This document shows, piece after piece, positions 11,601 through 20,259 of a stretch of DNA of 64,000 nt. Below the pieces are notes generated by a model, which saw only the letters and a program-made list of their open reading frames with translations, ran no database searches and was not told where the DNA came from. Every line of letters starts with the position of its first letter. Position 1 is the stretch's first letter. The DNA lies in the NCBI GenBank assembly GCA_965232885.1, contig CBDDQX010000002.1:567868-631867 (forward strand), written 5' to 3'. The position numbers were made by a program, and so were the translations under genes. This DNA is from Dehalococcoidia bacterium. GTDB taxonomy: Bacteria > Chloroflexota > Dehalococcoidia > Lucifugimonadales > UBA3495.

Positions 11601-12275
11601 GCGGAGAGCTGGTATCACCGTGCGCGGGAGATATTGGAAGAAGCGCGAGACGAAGAAACTTCGGTGCTGGTCTATCATGCCCTTGGCACCGTGGCCCACG
11701 CGCAATACCAACTGGACGATGCGGAGAACTGGTACAAGCAGGCGCTGACTCTGAGTGACCGCATGGGCAACGAGGGCCAGATGGCGGTGGAGTTCCACTA
11801 CCTCGGTCTGCTTGAACAGGGGCGTCAGATGTTCCCTGAGGACGCTGAACACTGGTATGTCCTGGCCTTGGAGAAGTACGAAAAGCTGGGCGACTGGCGC
11901 AGCGCTGGCGACGAATGCCGCCAACTCGGTGTTTTGTTCCACGAGCAGGAAAAGCTGGAGGAAGCGGAGAGCTGGTATCACCGCGCCCGGGAGATTTTCG
12001 AGGAGATCCAGGACATCAGCCGCACGGCCCGCACTTATGGCCAGTTGGGTATGACCGCCGAAGACCGCGATGACATTGGAACCGCCCTCATGTGGGCCGC
12101 CCGCACCTACCAACTGGCGACCAATCACGGCCTGCCAGTGATTGCCCAAGCCCGCGTCCACCTGGCCCGCCTGCGCGACAAGCACGGGGCCGAAGCGTTC
12201 GTCGAGTGGTGGCGCGGCTTCGCCGGGGAGGAGCCGCCTACGGATTTGGATGCGGAGGAGGGAGAGATTTTGTAG
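8640..12275 (+). CDS. CHAT-like + STAND/NB-ARC-like NTPase + TPR protein
   Basis: LPWELL CHAT motif; Walker A GAVGVGKS; Walker B LLVWD; GHPLA; C-terminal TPR array. Confidence 0.8.
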   Translation: MADTLEILDLPETGQVQLSFIHDSGIKESGTDESGRRESAPAVSFPFPLTDSELLEIAWFFTEFGHDPFGESRARAEAVESGLRDLGRLMMETLFRSSAEATGMLERIVSGQIPAFRLSVVSSRPEFLSLPWELLNSPDVGYLVSRATGVARHSTAFGDLPLIDDLSQTDSRFNVLMLCPESAGGISTEALAAMESLAVDVSLDCLRPTSVEALEEHLAERAGHYHLIHLDGIEIGDAGESLQDIGPVLRVAEAIANSRTPVVLMTCSTLGYFHIAAETMARAGIPEVTVAPAPLGGAGRKLFADAFYPGIAAGDGAANAVALARRALMEHPHRPSNAGPMVSWDWISPLVYQSARYTAVAIKPEEPEAAIPGMLPATPEAPPRQLPRGGPYGLMGRRREILELERALGDNAVVLLSGAVGVGKSEIALGIAAWLEKSGGRPDGVFHTNFDVGAGLDKALHEVGTALAGLEFGDLPSAARRNWLLGYLREHQSLLVWDGVENLAGFPNAGTGLLDDGELTELDEFLSELAAEGGNSQVLLISRRESEPWLSTTHGSYLLKGLAGQDRMEFATRLIEECGIDPARLGPEFIELLDLVEGHPLAMEVAIPLLKDVPASVLVAELRREIESYQPGPGEESRPPYLTVALDHAFGRMPRRSRTHLPFLSLFRSRVMMDILTHITQENLYRTVIGEQLGWGACRTLLRSAREGGFLEPITPSVYQIHPAMGWFYGRALYRQLSPARVAELENEFVRVYADTADYFMETLYENQESGTNAILAEEGNLTQALALSLESGQWDNAQLLTQPLAQVYRMQKRYPELRRLRRQLLDVTGVTAAEAEANGATELWLYLLGTEASECIETSELGRADELNRQLLDYFESQADAGNDPRTAAVYHQMGEVALKRWQLDPAEEWYTKSLAIIESGEDRASVADDYYGMGLVRQYQRRYTEARDWFSKSLDIHQRLEDVEEMVKDYRSLGLCAQFRFEYQEAESWYHRAREILEEARDEETSVLVYHALGTVAHAQYQLDDAENWYKQALTLSDRMGNEGQMAVEFHYLGLLEQGRQMFPEDAEHWYVLALEKYEKLGDWRSAGDECRQLGVLFHEQEKLEEAESWYHRAREIFEEIQDISRTARTYGQLGMTAEDRDDIGTALMWAARTYQLATNHGLPVIAQARVHLARLRDKHGAEAFVEWWRGFAGEEPPTDLDAEEGEIL

Positions 12276-12312
12276 GCGAGAAGTGAGGCTAAGCGATTAG
12301 CGGAGAGCCGGG

Positions 12313-12621
12313 TTGGCTGAAAGGGGAGATGAGATTCTTGCCCACGGGCGGGCCTATACTTTCTCACGGCATCTGAGAAATAACCTCCATAGACACCCGG
12401 AGGCTACTAAAGAAAACGTCGAACATGTCCTCCTGAATCCAGCCAGACAGGAGCCGGAGGGCAACAGGCGATTCATTTACTGGGGCTATCTGTCCCAGAT
12501 GGACCAATTCATGATAGTAGTGGAAGACCGGCTGCCAACAGGGGAATATCAGGTACTCTCAGCTTATTGCCCAGTACAGCAACCAACTTGGGAGGAAATA
12601 TATGGACGAAACGCAACTTAA
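12313..12621 (+). CDS. Putative RelE/BrnT-fold (DUF4258-like) toxin
   Basis: Small ORF with FSRH...VLLNP...VLSAY pattern; overlaps a DUF2283-like gene. Confidence 0.5.
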   Translation: MAERGDEILAHGRAYTFSRHLRNNLHRHPEATKENVEHVLLNPARQEPEGNRRFIYWGYLSQMDQFMIVVEDRLPTGEYQVLSAYCPVQQPTWEEIYGRNAT

Positions 12622-13054
12622 AGTTTCATACCTCTCAAATGTCGTGGATTTGCATACCGGAGAAGTTACAAAGGGAGCTTGGACAATTTCTGACAGCTTG
12701 GCGGTGTATGTCGCCAGGGATGACCGTAACCGATTCGTCGAAATCGAGCTGCTGGACGGCGCTGAAACCCTGCTGCCTTACTTCCTGCCCGAAGAGTTTG
12801 CGGATGCTTGGGACTGGATGCCTATAAAGGGAACGCCCCAAGTGTACTATGACCGCGAACGCGATTTTCTCCGCCTGTTCAATTGGGGAACCCAACTTTC
12901 GTCACACCCCATCGCCGATAGCCTAACCATAGGCTGCGACGAAACGGGGCGGCCGGTCGCCGTAGAATTGACTGGAGCCGCTACCTTGCTGCTACCCTAT
13001 CTGCTGCCACTGTCCGAAGAAGTTACGCCGATAAATCAGGAGATGAACGCATGA
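12602..13054 (+). CDS. Tandem DUF2283-like domain protein (putative antitoxin)
   Basis: Two similar halves ending in IELLDGAETLLPY and VELTGAATLLLPY; YYDRERDFLRL motif. Confidence 0.6.
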   Translation: MDETQLKVSYLSNVVDLHTGEVTKGAWTISDSLAVYVARDDRNRFVEIELLDGAETLLPYFLPEEFADAWDWMPIKGTPQVYYDRERDFLRLFNWGTQLSSHPIADSLTIGCDETGRPVAVELTGAATLLLPYLLPLSEEVTPINQEMNA

Positions 13055-13896
13055 GCGTTGGAGTTTCGACACCGCTGCCGGCATATACCGTTGACCCGGC
13101 CTTTATGGCGAAGAAGGCGGAGGAACTGGGCTTCGAGTCCGTCTGGTACGCCGAGCATCCGGCGGTGCCAGTGGAGAGCGACAGCCCCTTCCCGGCCACC
13201 GGCGGAGAAATACCGTGGACCTATTCCCACTTCACCGACCCATACATCGCCCTCGCCCGGGCGTCCGGCGCCACCAGCAGCATCAAGCTGGGCACTGGCA
13301 TCACGTTGGTGCCTGAACGCAACCCGTTGCTCCTGGCCAAGGAAATCGCCACGCTCGACAGGTTCAGCGGAGGACGCTTCCTGTTCGGCATAGGCACAGG
13401 GTGGCTGCGCGAGGAAACCGAGATTTTCGGCGGAGATTTCGAGCACCGCTGGACTCAGACCCGTGAAGCCCTGGAAGTGATGAAGGAACTCTGGACCAAG
13501 GACGAGGCGGAATACCACGGGAAGTACTTCAACTTCCCGCCGGTGAAGTCGTATCCCAAGCCCGCCCAGCAACCGCACCCGCCTATCATCATTGGCGGGA
13601 TGGCCCGCAACGTGCTGCGCCGCGTTGTGTCCCACGCGGACGGCTGGCTGCCGAACCGGGTTACGCCCGCCGAGGTTGAGGACAGCCGCCGCCGTCTGGA
13701 CGCCATGGCCGCAGAGGTGGGGCGCGACCCCAAGTCCATCACAATCAGCGTATACGGCCAGCCCGCAGACGGCGATCTCGTTCGCTCATACCTGAACGCC
13801 GGGGCCGACCGGGTGGTGGTGCGCCCCGACCATGTAGCCAACGAGTACGAGATGGGCAAGCAGCTTGAGAGTATGGCCGAGGCCGTGCTGCGCTAA
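13051..13896 (+). CDS. Luciferase-like (LLM) F420-dependent oxidoreductase
   Basis: GFESVWYAEH, LAKEIATLDRFSGGR, PKPAQQPHPPIIIGG. Confidence 0.9.
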   Translation: MSVGVSTPLPAYTVDPAFMAKKAEELGFESVWYAEHPAVPVESDSPFPATGGEIPWTYSHFTDPYIALARASGATSSIKLGTGITLVPERNPLLLAKEIATLDRFSGGRFLFGIGTGWLREETEIFGGDFEHRWTQTREALEVMKELWTKDEAEYHGKYFNFPPVKSYPKPAQQPHPPIIIGGMARNVLRRVVSHADGWLPNRVTPAEVEDSRRRLDAMAAEVGRDPKSITISVYGQPADGDLVRSYLNAGADRVVVRPDHVANEYEMGKQLESMAEAVLR

Positions 13897-13920
13897 CCAG
13901 CCGCTTGTCTGAATCGGGAC

Positions 13921-14040
13921 AGGGCTTACGAGTTCGCTACAATTCCCTCCCCCTTGAGGGGGAGGGTTAGGGTGGGGTGGGATTTCGCATCCGTCGAGAC
14001 TGAATGGCAGACACAATTCCATAGCCAACTGCGAAGTCCT
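13921..14040. mobile_element. MITE-like element, family A (ends AGG[A/G]CTTACG...TGCG[T]AAGTCCT, internal REP hairpin)
   Basis: Imperfect terminal inverted repeats; the same right end CAACTGCGTAAGTCC recurs near 36110 and 44117. Confidence 0.55.
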
Positions 14041-14068
14041 GCCTGATTTGAACAATGCGAGGGAATCC

Positions 14069-15445
14069 ATGGATCGCACGACCGAGATGTTGAGCGCCTA
14101 CACTTGCGGCCTGACCTACGAAGAGTTGGGGACGACAGTGGTGGAGCAGGTGAAGCGCACCTTGGTTGACACCATGGGCTGCGGCATCGGCGGCTATGAT
14201 TCGGAGCCGGCGGAAATCGCCCGCAGCATGGCCGATGGTGTGCAGGGGCGTCTGGCGTCGCGGGTGCTGGGGACTTCTGCCCATACCACGCCCGACCTGG
14301 CAGCCTTCGCCAATGGCGTGGCGGTGCGTTACCTGGACTGCAATGATTCTTACTTCTCGCCGGGAGGTGGGCACCCCAGCGATATGATCCCCGCCGTGCT
14401 GGCCGTTGCCGACCCGCTGCAAGCCGACGGCCCAACAGTGATTACAGCGGTCGCACTGGCCTACGAAGTGTTTTGCCGGTTGTCGGATGAAGTGGTGACC
14501 AGCGATCTGGGCTGGGATCAAGCCATCTTCAGTGTCATCGGCGCAGTCTGCGGAGCGGCGAAGGTGCTGGGGTTGGACCAGGAACAGACGGGCAACGCCA
14601 TATCGCTGGCTATATCCCCACACCTTCCATTGGGAGTCACCCGCACCGGGGAGCTCTCCATGTGGAAGGGCTGCGCCACGGCCAGCGCTTCCCGCTCTGC
14701 GGTGTTCGCCGCGCAACTGGCGGGCAAAGGTATGTCCGGCCCCGGCGAACCCTTCGAGGGACGGCGAGGACTATGGGAGCAGGCAACGGGAAGAGAGGTC
14801 TTGATACCCGGCTTTCCACTGGGAGATATGCGTGAAGGAGACGACCCATTTCGGATTACTCGTACAATCTTCAAGGCATACCCTTCTCAGATTCATACTC
14901 AGGCTCCCATAGGCCTGGCTCTGCAATTGCGGGAAAAAGTCCAGGCGGAGAACATAAGTTCCGTTCACATTGATACCTACAAAGTGGCGGCTAGCACAGC
15001 ATCGAGCGAGCCGGAGAAGTGGGACCCGAAGACCCGGGAGACCGCCGACCACAGCATCCCGTGGCTGGTGGCCTCGGCATTACTTGACGGTCCAGTGACA
15101 CCGGCCAGCTTTGGCGATGAGCGCATCGCCAGCGATGCAATACGGGATATTATGTCGCGTATGACACTGGTCGAGGAAGCGGACTTCACAGCCAGATACC
15201 CCGGCGAATACAACTGCCGCATCACCCTGACAGACTCAGACGGAGCAAGGCACAGCGTACACACCGCTTGGCCCAGAGGCCATCGCAGCAATCCGATGAC
15301 CGACGCCGAGGTGGAAGCCAAGTTCCGAAACTTTGCAGGCGTGGCTCTTTCCGGCGACCAATGCGACCGGGCCCTGGAGACCATCTGGTCGCTGGATGAG
15401 TTGCCGAACTTGGAGCCAGTGTTTGACGCTGTGACAATTCATTAG
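14069..15445 (+). CDS. MmgE/PrpD family protein
   Basis: RYLDCND, GGHPSD, ETADHSIP motifs. Confidence 0.9.
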   Translation: MDRTTEMLSAYTCGLTYEELGTTVVEQVKRTLVDTMGCGIGGYDSEPAEIARSMADGVQGRLASRVLGTSAHTTPDLAAFANGVAVRYLDCNDSYFSPGGGHPSDMIPAVLAVADPLQADGPTVITAVALAYEVFCRLSDEVVTSDLGWDQAIFSVIGAVCGAAKVLGLDQEQTGNAISLAISPHLPLGVTRTGELSMWKGCATASASRSAVFAAQLAGKGMSGPGEPFEGRRGLWEQATGREVLIPGFPLGDMREGDDPFRITRTIFKAYPSQIHTQAPIGLALQLREKVQAENISSVHIDTYKVAASTASSEPEKWDPKTRETADHSIPWLVASALLDGPVTPASFGDERIASDAIRDIMSRMTLVEEADFTARYPGEYNCRITLTDSDGARHSVHTAWPRGHRSNPMTDAEVEAKFRNFAGVALSGDQCDRALETIWSLDELPNLEPVFDAVTIH

Positions 15446-15503
15446 CGATTGGCGCATTTCCCTTGACGCAGGGCCGTTTCAAAGCCGCCCAGGCAAGCAG
15501 AAG

Positions 15504-16358
15504 ATGAAAGAGTTCGACAGCGGCCCGTCCAGGGCCGACGGCTTTCGCGAAGACTTTGCCCGAATGATAGCCCGACCTGAAGAAGATATGGACCTAGGAC
15601 AGGCTGCATTACTGGTGGCTGGGGAAGAATATCCTGAACTGGATGTGGCGGGGCATCTGAAGAGACTGGATGACTTCGCCGACGCCGTACGCCAACGCGC
15701 TTCAGAAAAGCTGAGGCCGGAAGGGTTGGCCAAGTTGGTGGGGCGCTATCTATTCGAGGAACAAGGATTTCAGGGAAATTCCTCCGACTATTACAATCCT
15801 GACAACAGCTATTTCAATCGGGTACTGGATACCCATAAAGGGATACCTATTACGTTGTCGCTGCTGTTTCTGGAGGTTGCGCGCCGCGTTGGCCTGCGCT
15901 GCCGGGGCGTGGGTATGCCGGGCCACTTCCTTGTGGGACTGGAGGGGGAAGAAATCTACTTCGACGTATTCAACGGCGGCACGACTCTCAGCGTCGCGGA
16001 TTGCCGCCGACTGGCCGAGGGGATGTTCGGTCCGCGGATGACGTGGCGGGACGATTATCTCACCCCCTGCACCAAGTACGAGTTCCTGTTCCGCCTGCTG
16101 AATAATCTCAAGGTGGTATACGAGCGAACCGGAGCCCCGGGAAAAGCGGTTGGCGTGACCCAACGCATGATTCTGGTGAACCCACAGGCAACGCCGCTGT
16201 ATAAGGACCTGGCGGAAATGCAGTATCAACTTCAGCAGTACCGGGCAGCCATTCGCAGTCTGGAAACTTACCTGAGAGAAGCCCCTGATGCCCAGGACAC
16301 TCCGCAGGTCAAGTCGTGGATCGAATCCATCCGCATCACCCTAAACCGGCTCAACTGA
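15504..16358 (+). CDS. SirB1/transglutaminase-like protein with C-terminal TPR
   Basis: YYNPDNSY, GIPITLS, PGHFL motifs. Confidence 0.85.
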   Translation: MKEFDSGPSRADGFREDFARMIARPEEDMDLGQAALLVAGEEYPELDVAGHLKRLDDFADAVRQRASEKLRPEGLAKLVGRYLFEEQGFQGNSSDYYNPDNSYFNRVLDTHKGIPITLSLLFLEVARRVGLRCRGVGMPGHFLVGLEGEEIYFDVFNGGTTLSVADCRRLAEGMFGPRMTWRDDYLTPCTKYEFLFRLLNNLKVVYERTGAPGKAVGVTQRMILVNPQATPLYKDLAEMQYQLQQYRAAIRSLETYLREAPDAQDTPQVKSWIESIRITLNRLN

Positions 16359-16402
16359 CTCTGCCGCGCAAATCCGGCCATGCGCAACCGGCGTATACTC
16401 TG

Positions 16403-17020
16403 ATGGGTGAAGAATTGGATGCCCAGCGTCCGCGAGCAGACCATACGCCCGCGCCGGATGAACCGGACGATCAAAAGCTGTTGGAGCGGATCGCCGCCAA
16501 AGACAAGGACGCTCTGAATACGCTGTACAACCGCTATATGACGCCAGTGTATTCCCTGTCTTTGCATATGCTAAAACAACCGCCATTGGCGGAAGAAGTG
16601 ACCCAGGACGTATTTCTGAATATATGGCTGAAGGCCGAGAGTTTTAACGCCAGCAGGGGAAATCCGCGCTCCTGGATAATGAGCGTAACGCACCACCGGG
16701 TGGTGGACGTGATACGCTCCCGCCGCCGCGCCATCACCATGACAGACACGGAAGGGTACGACACTCTGGAGCGAATCCCATCGTCGGAGCCGCCGGTGGA
16801 GGCCCAGGTGACGCGGAGTCTCGACCGGGAGCGAATAATGCGGGCGCTCGCAACGCTGCCCGACAATCAACGGGAAGTCATTGAGTTGGCCTACTTCGAG
16901 GGGTATTCGCAATCGGAAATGGCGGAAAAGCTGTCTCAACCGCTGGGTACAGTAAAAACCAGGGTGCGCTTGGCAATGCAAAAGCTGCGGATGGTGTTGC
17001 AGGAAGATGACGACGAGTAG
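16403..17020 (+). CDS. ECF sigma factor (SigK-like)
   Basis: AEEVTQDVF (region 2); LAYFEGYSQSE...PLGTVKTR (region 4). Confidence 0.9.
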   Translation: MGEELDAQRPRADHTPAPDEPDDQKLLERIAAKDKDALNTLYNRYMTPVYSLSLHMLKQPPLAEEVTQDVFLNIWLKAESFNASRGNPRSWIMSVTHHRVVDVIRSRRRAITMTDTEGYDTLERIPSSEPPVEAQVTRSLDRERIMRALATLPDNQREVIELAYFEGYSQSEMAEKLSQPLGTVKTRVRLAMQKLRMVLQEDDDE

Positions 17021-17894
17021 GGTGACACATCCGGAAGACCTGCTGGAAGCGTTCGCTCTTGACGCTTTGGAGCCGGATGAGGAGCAGGTGGTCCTTGACC
17101 ACATTGAGGACTGCCTGGAATGTGCCGGGCTGGTGGAAGATTATCTGCTGACGTCTGCGGCGCTGGCCTGTTCCGTTCCGGTACAGCCGGTCCCGGAGTG
17201 GCTGCGAGGAAGCGTTCTGGCCTCCATAGAATCATCCGAGCCGGAAGCGACAAGGGTATCGGTAACCTCACGACGACCGTCCCCAAGCTGGGCCGGAGCA
17301 TACTCAGCACTGGGGAAGCGCTGGGCCCGTCTGCTTATGCCGGTCACTGCTGTCGCGGCAGCGGCAGTGGTAGCTGTCGTGATAGCCCTCAACGTCCAGA
17401 TTTCCGGCCAGATGGACGATATGGCGGCAGAGAACAACCTGTTGCGGCAGGAAGCAGACCAGAGCCGGGCGACTGCTACGGCACAACTAGCGCTGGCGTC
17501 GGATGCAGTTTCACAAATGCAGGGCAGCCTCCAATTGTTGCAAACGACGCTGGCCCAGCCGGGAAATCAGTCCCTATTGATGGATCCGGCACAGTCAGAC
17601 AGCCAGGCGAGGGGTGTGCTGGTAATGTCGGCTGAAGGTGATATGGGCGTCATAATGGCCTCGCGCCTGGAGCCAGTGGAAGCCGGTTCCGCATATCATG
17701 TATGGCTCATGCAGAACGGTGAGAGGACATGGGCCGGAGACATGGATGTAGACGAAAACGGCTGGGGAACCCTGGCTTTGGATATGGAAGACTCCCTATC
17801 GCAATTCGACGCGGTGCAGTTGACACGCGGCCCCCTTTCCTTAGCGTCGGCAGGCATTGTGAGCAACATCGTGCTCGAGGCCGCGCTTCCGTAG
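17007..17894 (+). CDS. Anti-sigma factor (RskA-like)
   Basis: HIEDCLEC (HxxxCxxC) zinc motif, one TM helix, YHVWL C-terminal domain; overlaps the sigma gene. Confidence 0.85.
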   Translation: MTTSRVTHPEDLLEAFALDALEPDEEQVVLDHIEDCLECAGLVEDYLLTSAALACSVPVQPVPEWLRGSVLASIESSEPEATRVSVTSRRPSPSWAGAYSALGKRWARLLMPVTAVAAAAVVAVVIALNVQISGQMDDMAAENNLLRQEADQSRATATAQLALASDAVSQMQGSLQLLQTTLAQPGNQSLLMDPAQSDSQARGVLVMSAEGDMGVIMASRLEPVEAGSAYHVWLMQNGERTWAGDMDVDENGWGTLALDMEDSLSQFDAVQLTRGPLSLASAGIVSNIVLEAALP

Positions 17895-18016
17895 CCCGGT
17901 ATGTCTAAGGCTTGGCCGTCGGCATAGGCATTGTCGCAGCCAAGGAATGACAGTCTGCCGGTTGGCCGACAATCCGGGCTATTGTTATACTTGCAGCATC
18001 ACGGAGGGCTATCCTG

Positions 18017-18139
18017 ATGCCCTACGATTCTGCCGTGCATGACCTCACTCGCGATATCTGCGGCTCCCCAATGTTAGAGCAGAAGTGCAAGATATGCTGC
18101 CCCAACTGCGGCTACACCCGCGACTGCTCGGACCCGTAG
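18017..18139 (+). CDS. 40-aa zinc-finger microprotein (below the ORF-track cutoff)
   Basis: MPYDSAVHDLTRDICGSPMLEQKCKICCPNCGYTRDCSDP*; RBS GGAGG at 18003; six Cys with a CPxCG motif. Confidence 0.7.
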   Translation: MPYDSAVHDLTRDICGSPMLEQKCKICCPNCGYTRDCSDP

Positions 18140-18160
18140 CCCGGACTGTTGGATTCAGGA

Positions 18161-18676
18161 ATGTCCTCTCCCTACACTGTACTCGTACTCTATGACGCCA
18201 AAGGCCGAAGCATCGAGAGCATGGCTCGGGCCGTTGCAGAAGGCGTAGAGATGTCGGCTGTGGCTATACCGTCGCTCAAGACGGTAGAAGAGGCGTCTCG
18301 GGACGACCTGCTGGCAGCCGACGGGTTGGTTCTGGGTTCCCCCAACTGGAGCGGTATCACTGGCTCATTCAAGCAGTGGCTGGACGACCAGGGCGACCTG
18401 TGGGAAGAGTTGGCGCTCGCCGGACGGCCCGGCGCAGCATTCACGACCGGAACTGGGCGGCACTCCGGCCTTGAGACTACCCTGCGTCAACTGATTCACT
18501 GGATGATGGCTTGTGGAATGGTCATAGTGGGGCTGCCGTGGTCGGAGCGGATGCGCGTCTCGGGATCGTACTACGGCGCAACCGCAGCCGGAGCGGTTAA
18601 TGAAGACGACCTGGCGCAAGCACGGGAGTTGGGAAGGCGGCTGGCCGGATTCGCGGCGCAGTTGAAAGCCCTCTAA
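18161..18676 (+). CDS. Flavodoxin/WrbA-like NAD(P)H-dependent oxidoreductase
   Basis: LGSPNW, GAAFTT, SYYGA motifs. Confidence 0.85.
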   Translation: MSSPYTVLVLYDAKGRSIESMARAVAEGVEMSAVAIPSLKTVEEASRDDLLAADGLVLGSPNWSGITGSFKQWLDDQGDLWEELALAGRPGAAFTTGTGRHSGLETTLRQLIHWMMACGMVIVGLPWSERMRVSGSYYGATAAGAVNEDDLAQARELGRRLAGFAAQLKAL

Positions 18677-20109
18677 TCCCTTAGCTGTAGGTGCCGGAAG
18701 AACTGCGGGTGTGTTTCCGATACCAGCCTCAGGGCTTCAAGCATCGGCTCTCGGATGGACTCGTGAGCCATCTTTGAGGTACGCAGCTTGAACAAGTGAA
18801 AGCACTCCCGCAGGTTCAACTTGGAAAGCAGCCGCCGATTGTGTGCGTGGGTGACGACGTACTGGGCCACGACCGGGGACACTTCCTCGCTGATCTTGTG
18901 GAAAGTGCGCTCTGCAACGCCAATGGAATCGGCGAACAGCGTTTCCAGCCCTGCGTCAGTAATCACCGACGGAGTGCGGACACCGTGGGCCACGATCAGC
19001 GGCTGCGGCAGGTAGGTCTGCATACGGTGGCGCCGGAACTCGCGAAACGCGCCGTAGTCCATCAGGAACTCGATGGTGTAATCCACCACTTCCAACTCCC
19101 GCGGGGGCGCTTCGTGAGGGCCGATCCCGGAGAGGGAATCGTCTATTATCCGCTGACGCTGCTCCGCCGTCATATCCTCCACCAAGCGCCAGATCGAGGG
19201 GTAGTCCAACCCAGACGCTCCGTACAGCAGAGCCGCCGCCAGCTTTTCTTCGGCCTGCGGGTCCCAATGGAGCAGGCGAACCTCGACGGAGGGCTGTGCA
19301 TTCTCTCCGGTGTCGTCCAGATTTCCCGCCACACCCCTCTGGACAAGGGGGCGCTGTTTCAAGTAAGGCACTTCGTCGGCGTATTTGATGAGGGTGGGCG
19401 TGACCTCCCGGCCCTGCTCCCGCACTGCCTCGCCGAGCTGCCGCTCTTCCTCCAGTTCCGATGACATCAACTTGGAAATGCCGTGTTCCAGGGTGCGGGC
19501 GTTGGCGGTGACTCCAACGTTGGTCAACGTGGCTGCGGGCAGCACGGAACGGCAGCCATCTGTGGCTATCCGGCGCAACCGCAGATGATAGGCGGAATCG
19601 CTCTCCCGTCCCCGCTGTGGATGGACACCCCGAAGATAGTCAATGCAGCCGTCAATGAGTTGCTGGTAGACGGTAAAGAGATACCGGCAGGTGGCTTCGT
19701 ATTCCCGCTTCAGGGGAGGATGGCAGGCAAGTTCAGCGGGAGTGTGAAAGCAGTCCGCATCCATCACCTGGTAGCGCGACGACTTCTCAGTGTATGAAGC
19801 GAGGCGGTTGTCTTCCAGCCCATCGCAGGCGAGGCGAGATATATTCTCGACGGCCAGATGCACCACGGCGTGTTCGGCTACGGAGGCGTGCCCGTATCCC
19901 AGCACCCAGCGCTCATGGAAGTCGGCGGCCTTCTCCTCGCTGACTCGTTGGGCGATTACGTCGAAAGGGTCCGGCACCCTGGAGGTCATGGCGAAGGCGA
20001 CGGCAATCTGCTCCTCGGTCAGCAGACGGGCATCGAGGGGATATACGCGGCGGAGGTACTGGTTCCCCCCATCGTTCTGCGTGTCGGGAATGCTGGCAAG
20101 GTCGGTCAT
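18673..20109 (-). CDS. thyX: FAD-dependent thymidylate synthase, tandem Thy1-domain form
   Basis: GHASVAEH, EKSSRY, FRRHR; about twice the length of single-domain ThyX. Confidence 0.85.
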   Translation of the reverse strand: MTDLASIPDTQNDGGNQYLRRVYPLDARLLTEEQIAVAFAMTSRVPDPFDVIAQRVSEEKAADFHERWVLGYGHASVAEHAVVHLAVENISRLACDGLEDNRLASYTEKSSRYQVMDADCFHTPAELACHPPLKREYEATCRYLFTVYQQLIDGCIDYLRGVHPQRGRESDSAYHLRLRRIATDGCRSVLPAATLTNVGVTANARTLEHGISKLMSSELEEERQLGEAVREQGREVTPTLIKYADEVPYLKQRPLVQRGVAGNLDDTGENAQPSVEVRLLHWDPQAEEKLAAALLYGASGLDYPSIWRLVEDMTAEQRQRIIDDSLSGIGPHEAPPRELEVVDYTIEFLMDYGAFREFRRHRMQTYLPQPLIVAHGVRTPSVITDAGLETLFADSIGVAERTFHKISEEVSPVVAQYVVTHAHNRRLLSKLNLRECFHLFKLRTSKMAHESIREPMLEALRLVSETHPQFFRHLQLRD

Positions 20110-20259
20110 AGGCCCAACAATCAACAAATAGATTAGGTGTCAGTGTATAGCGTAGGGGAGCGCCGTTGAATAATCTGCCAGGGCAATTTCCCCCGGTGAC
20201 GCCGCAGGGGCGGGTTTCAAACCCGCCCCTGCGGCAAAGATTCCTATGCAACGGGCAGT

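Noticed and set aside
18673..20109. Double-length ThyX as a novelty
   Set aside because: Tandem-domain ThyX proteins are already known in several lineages.
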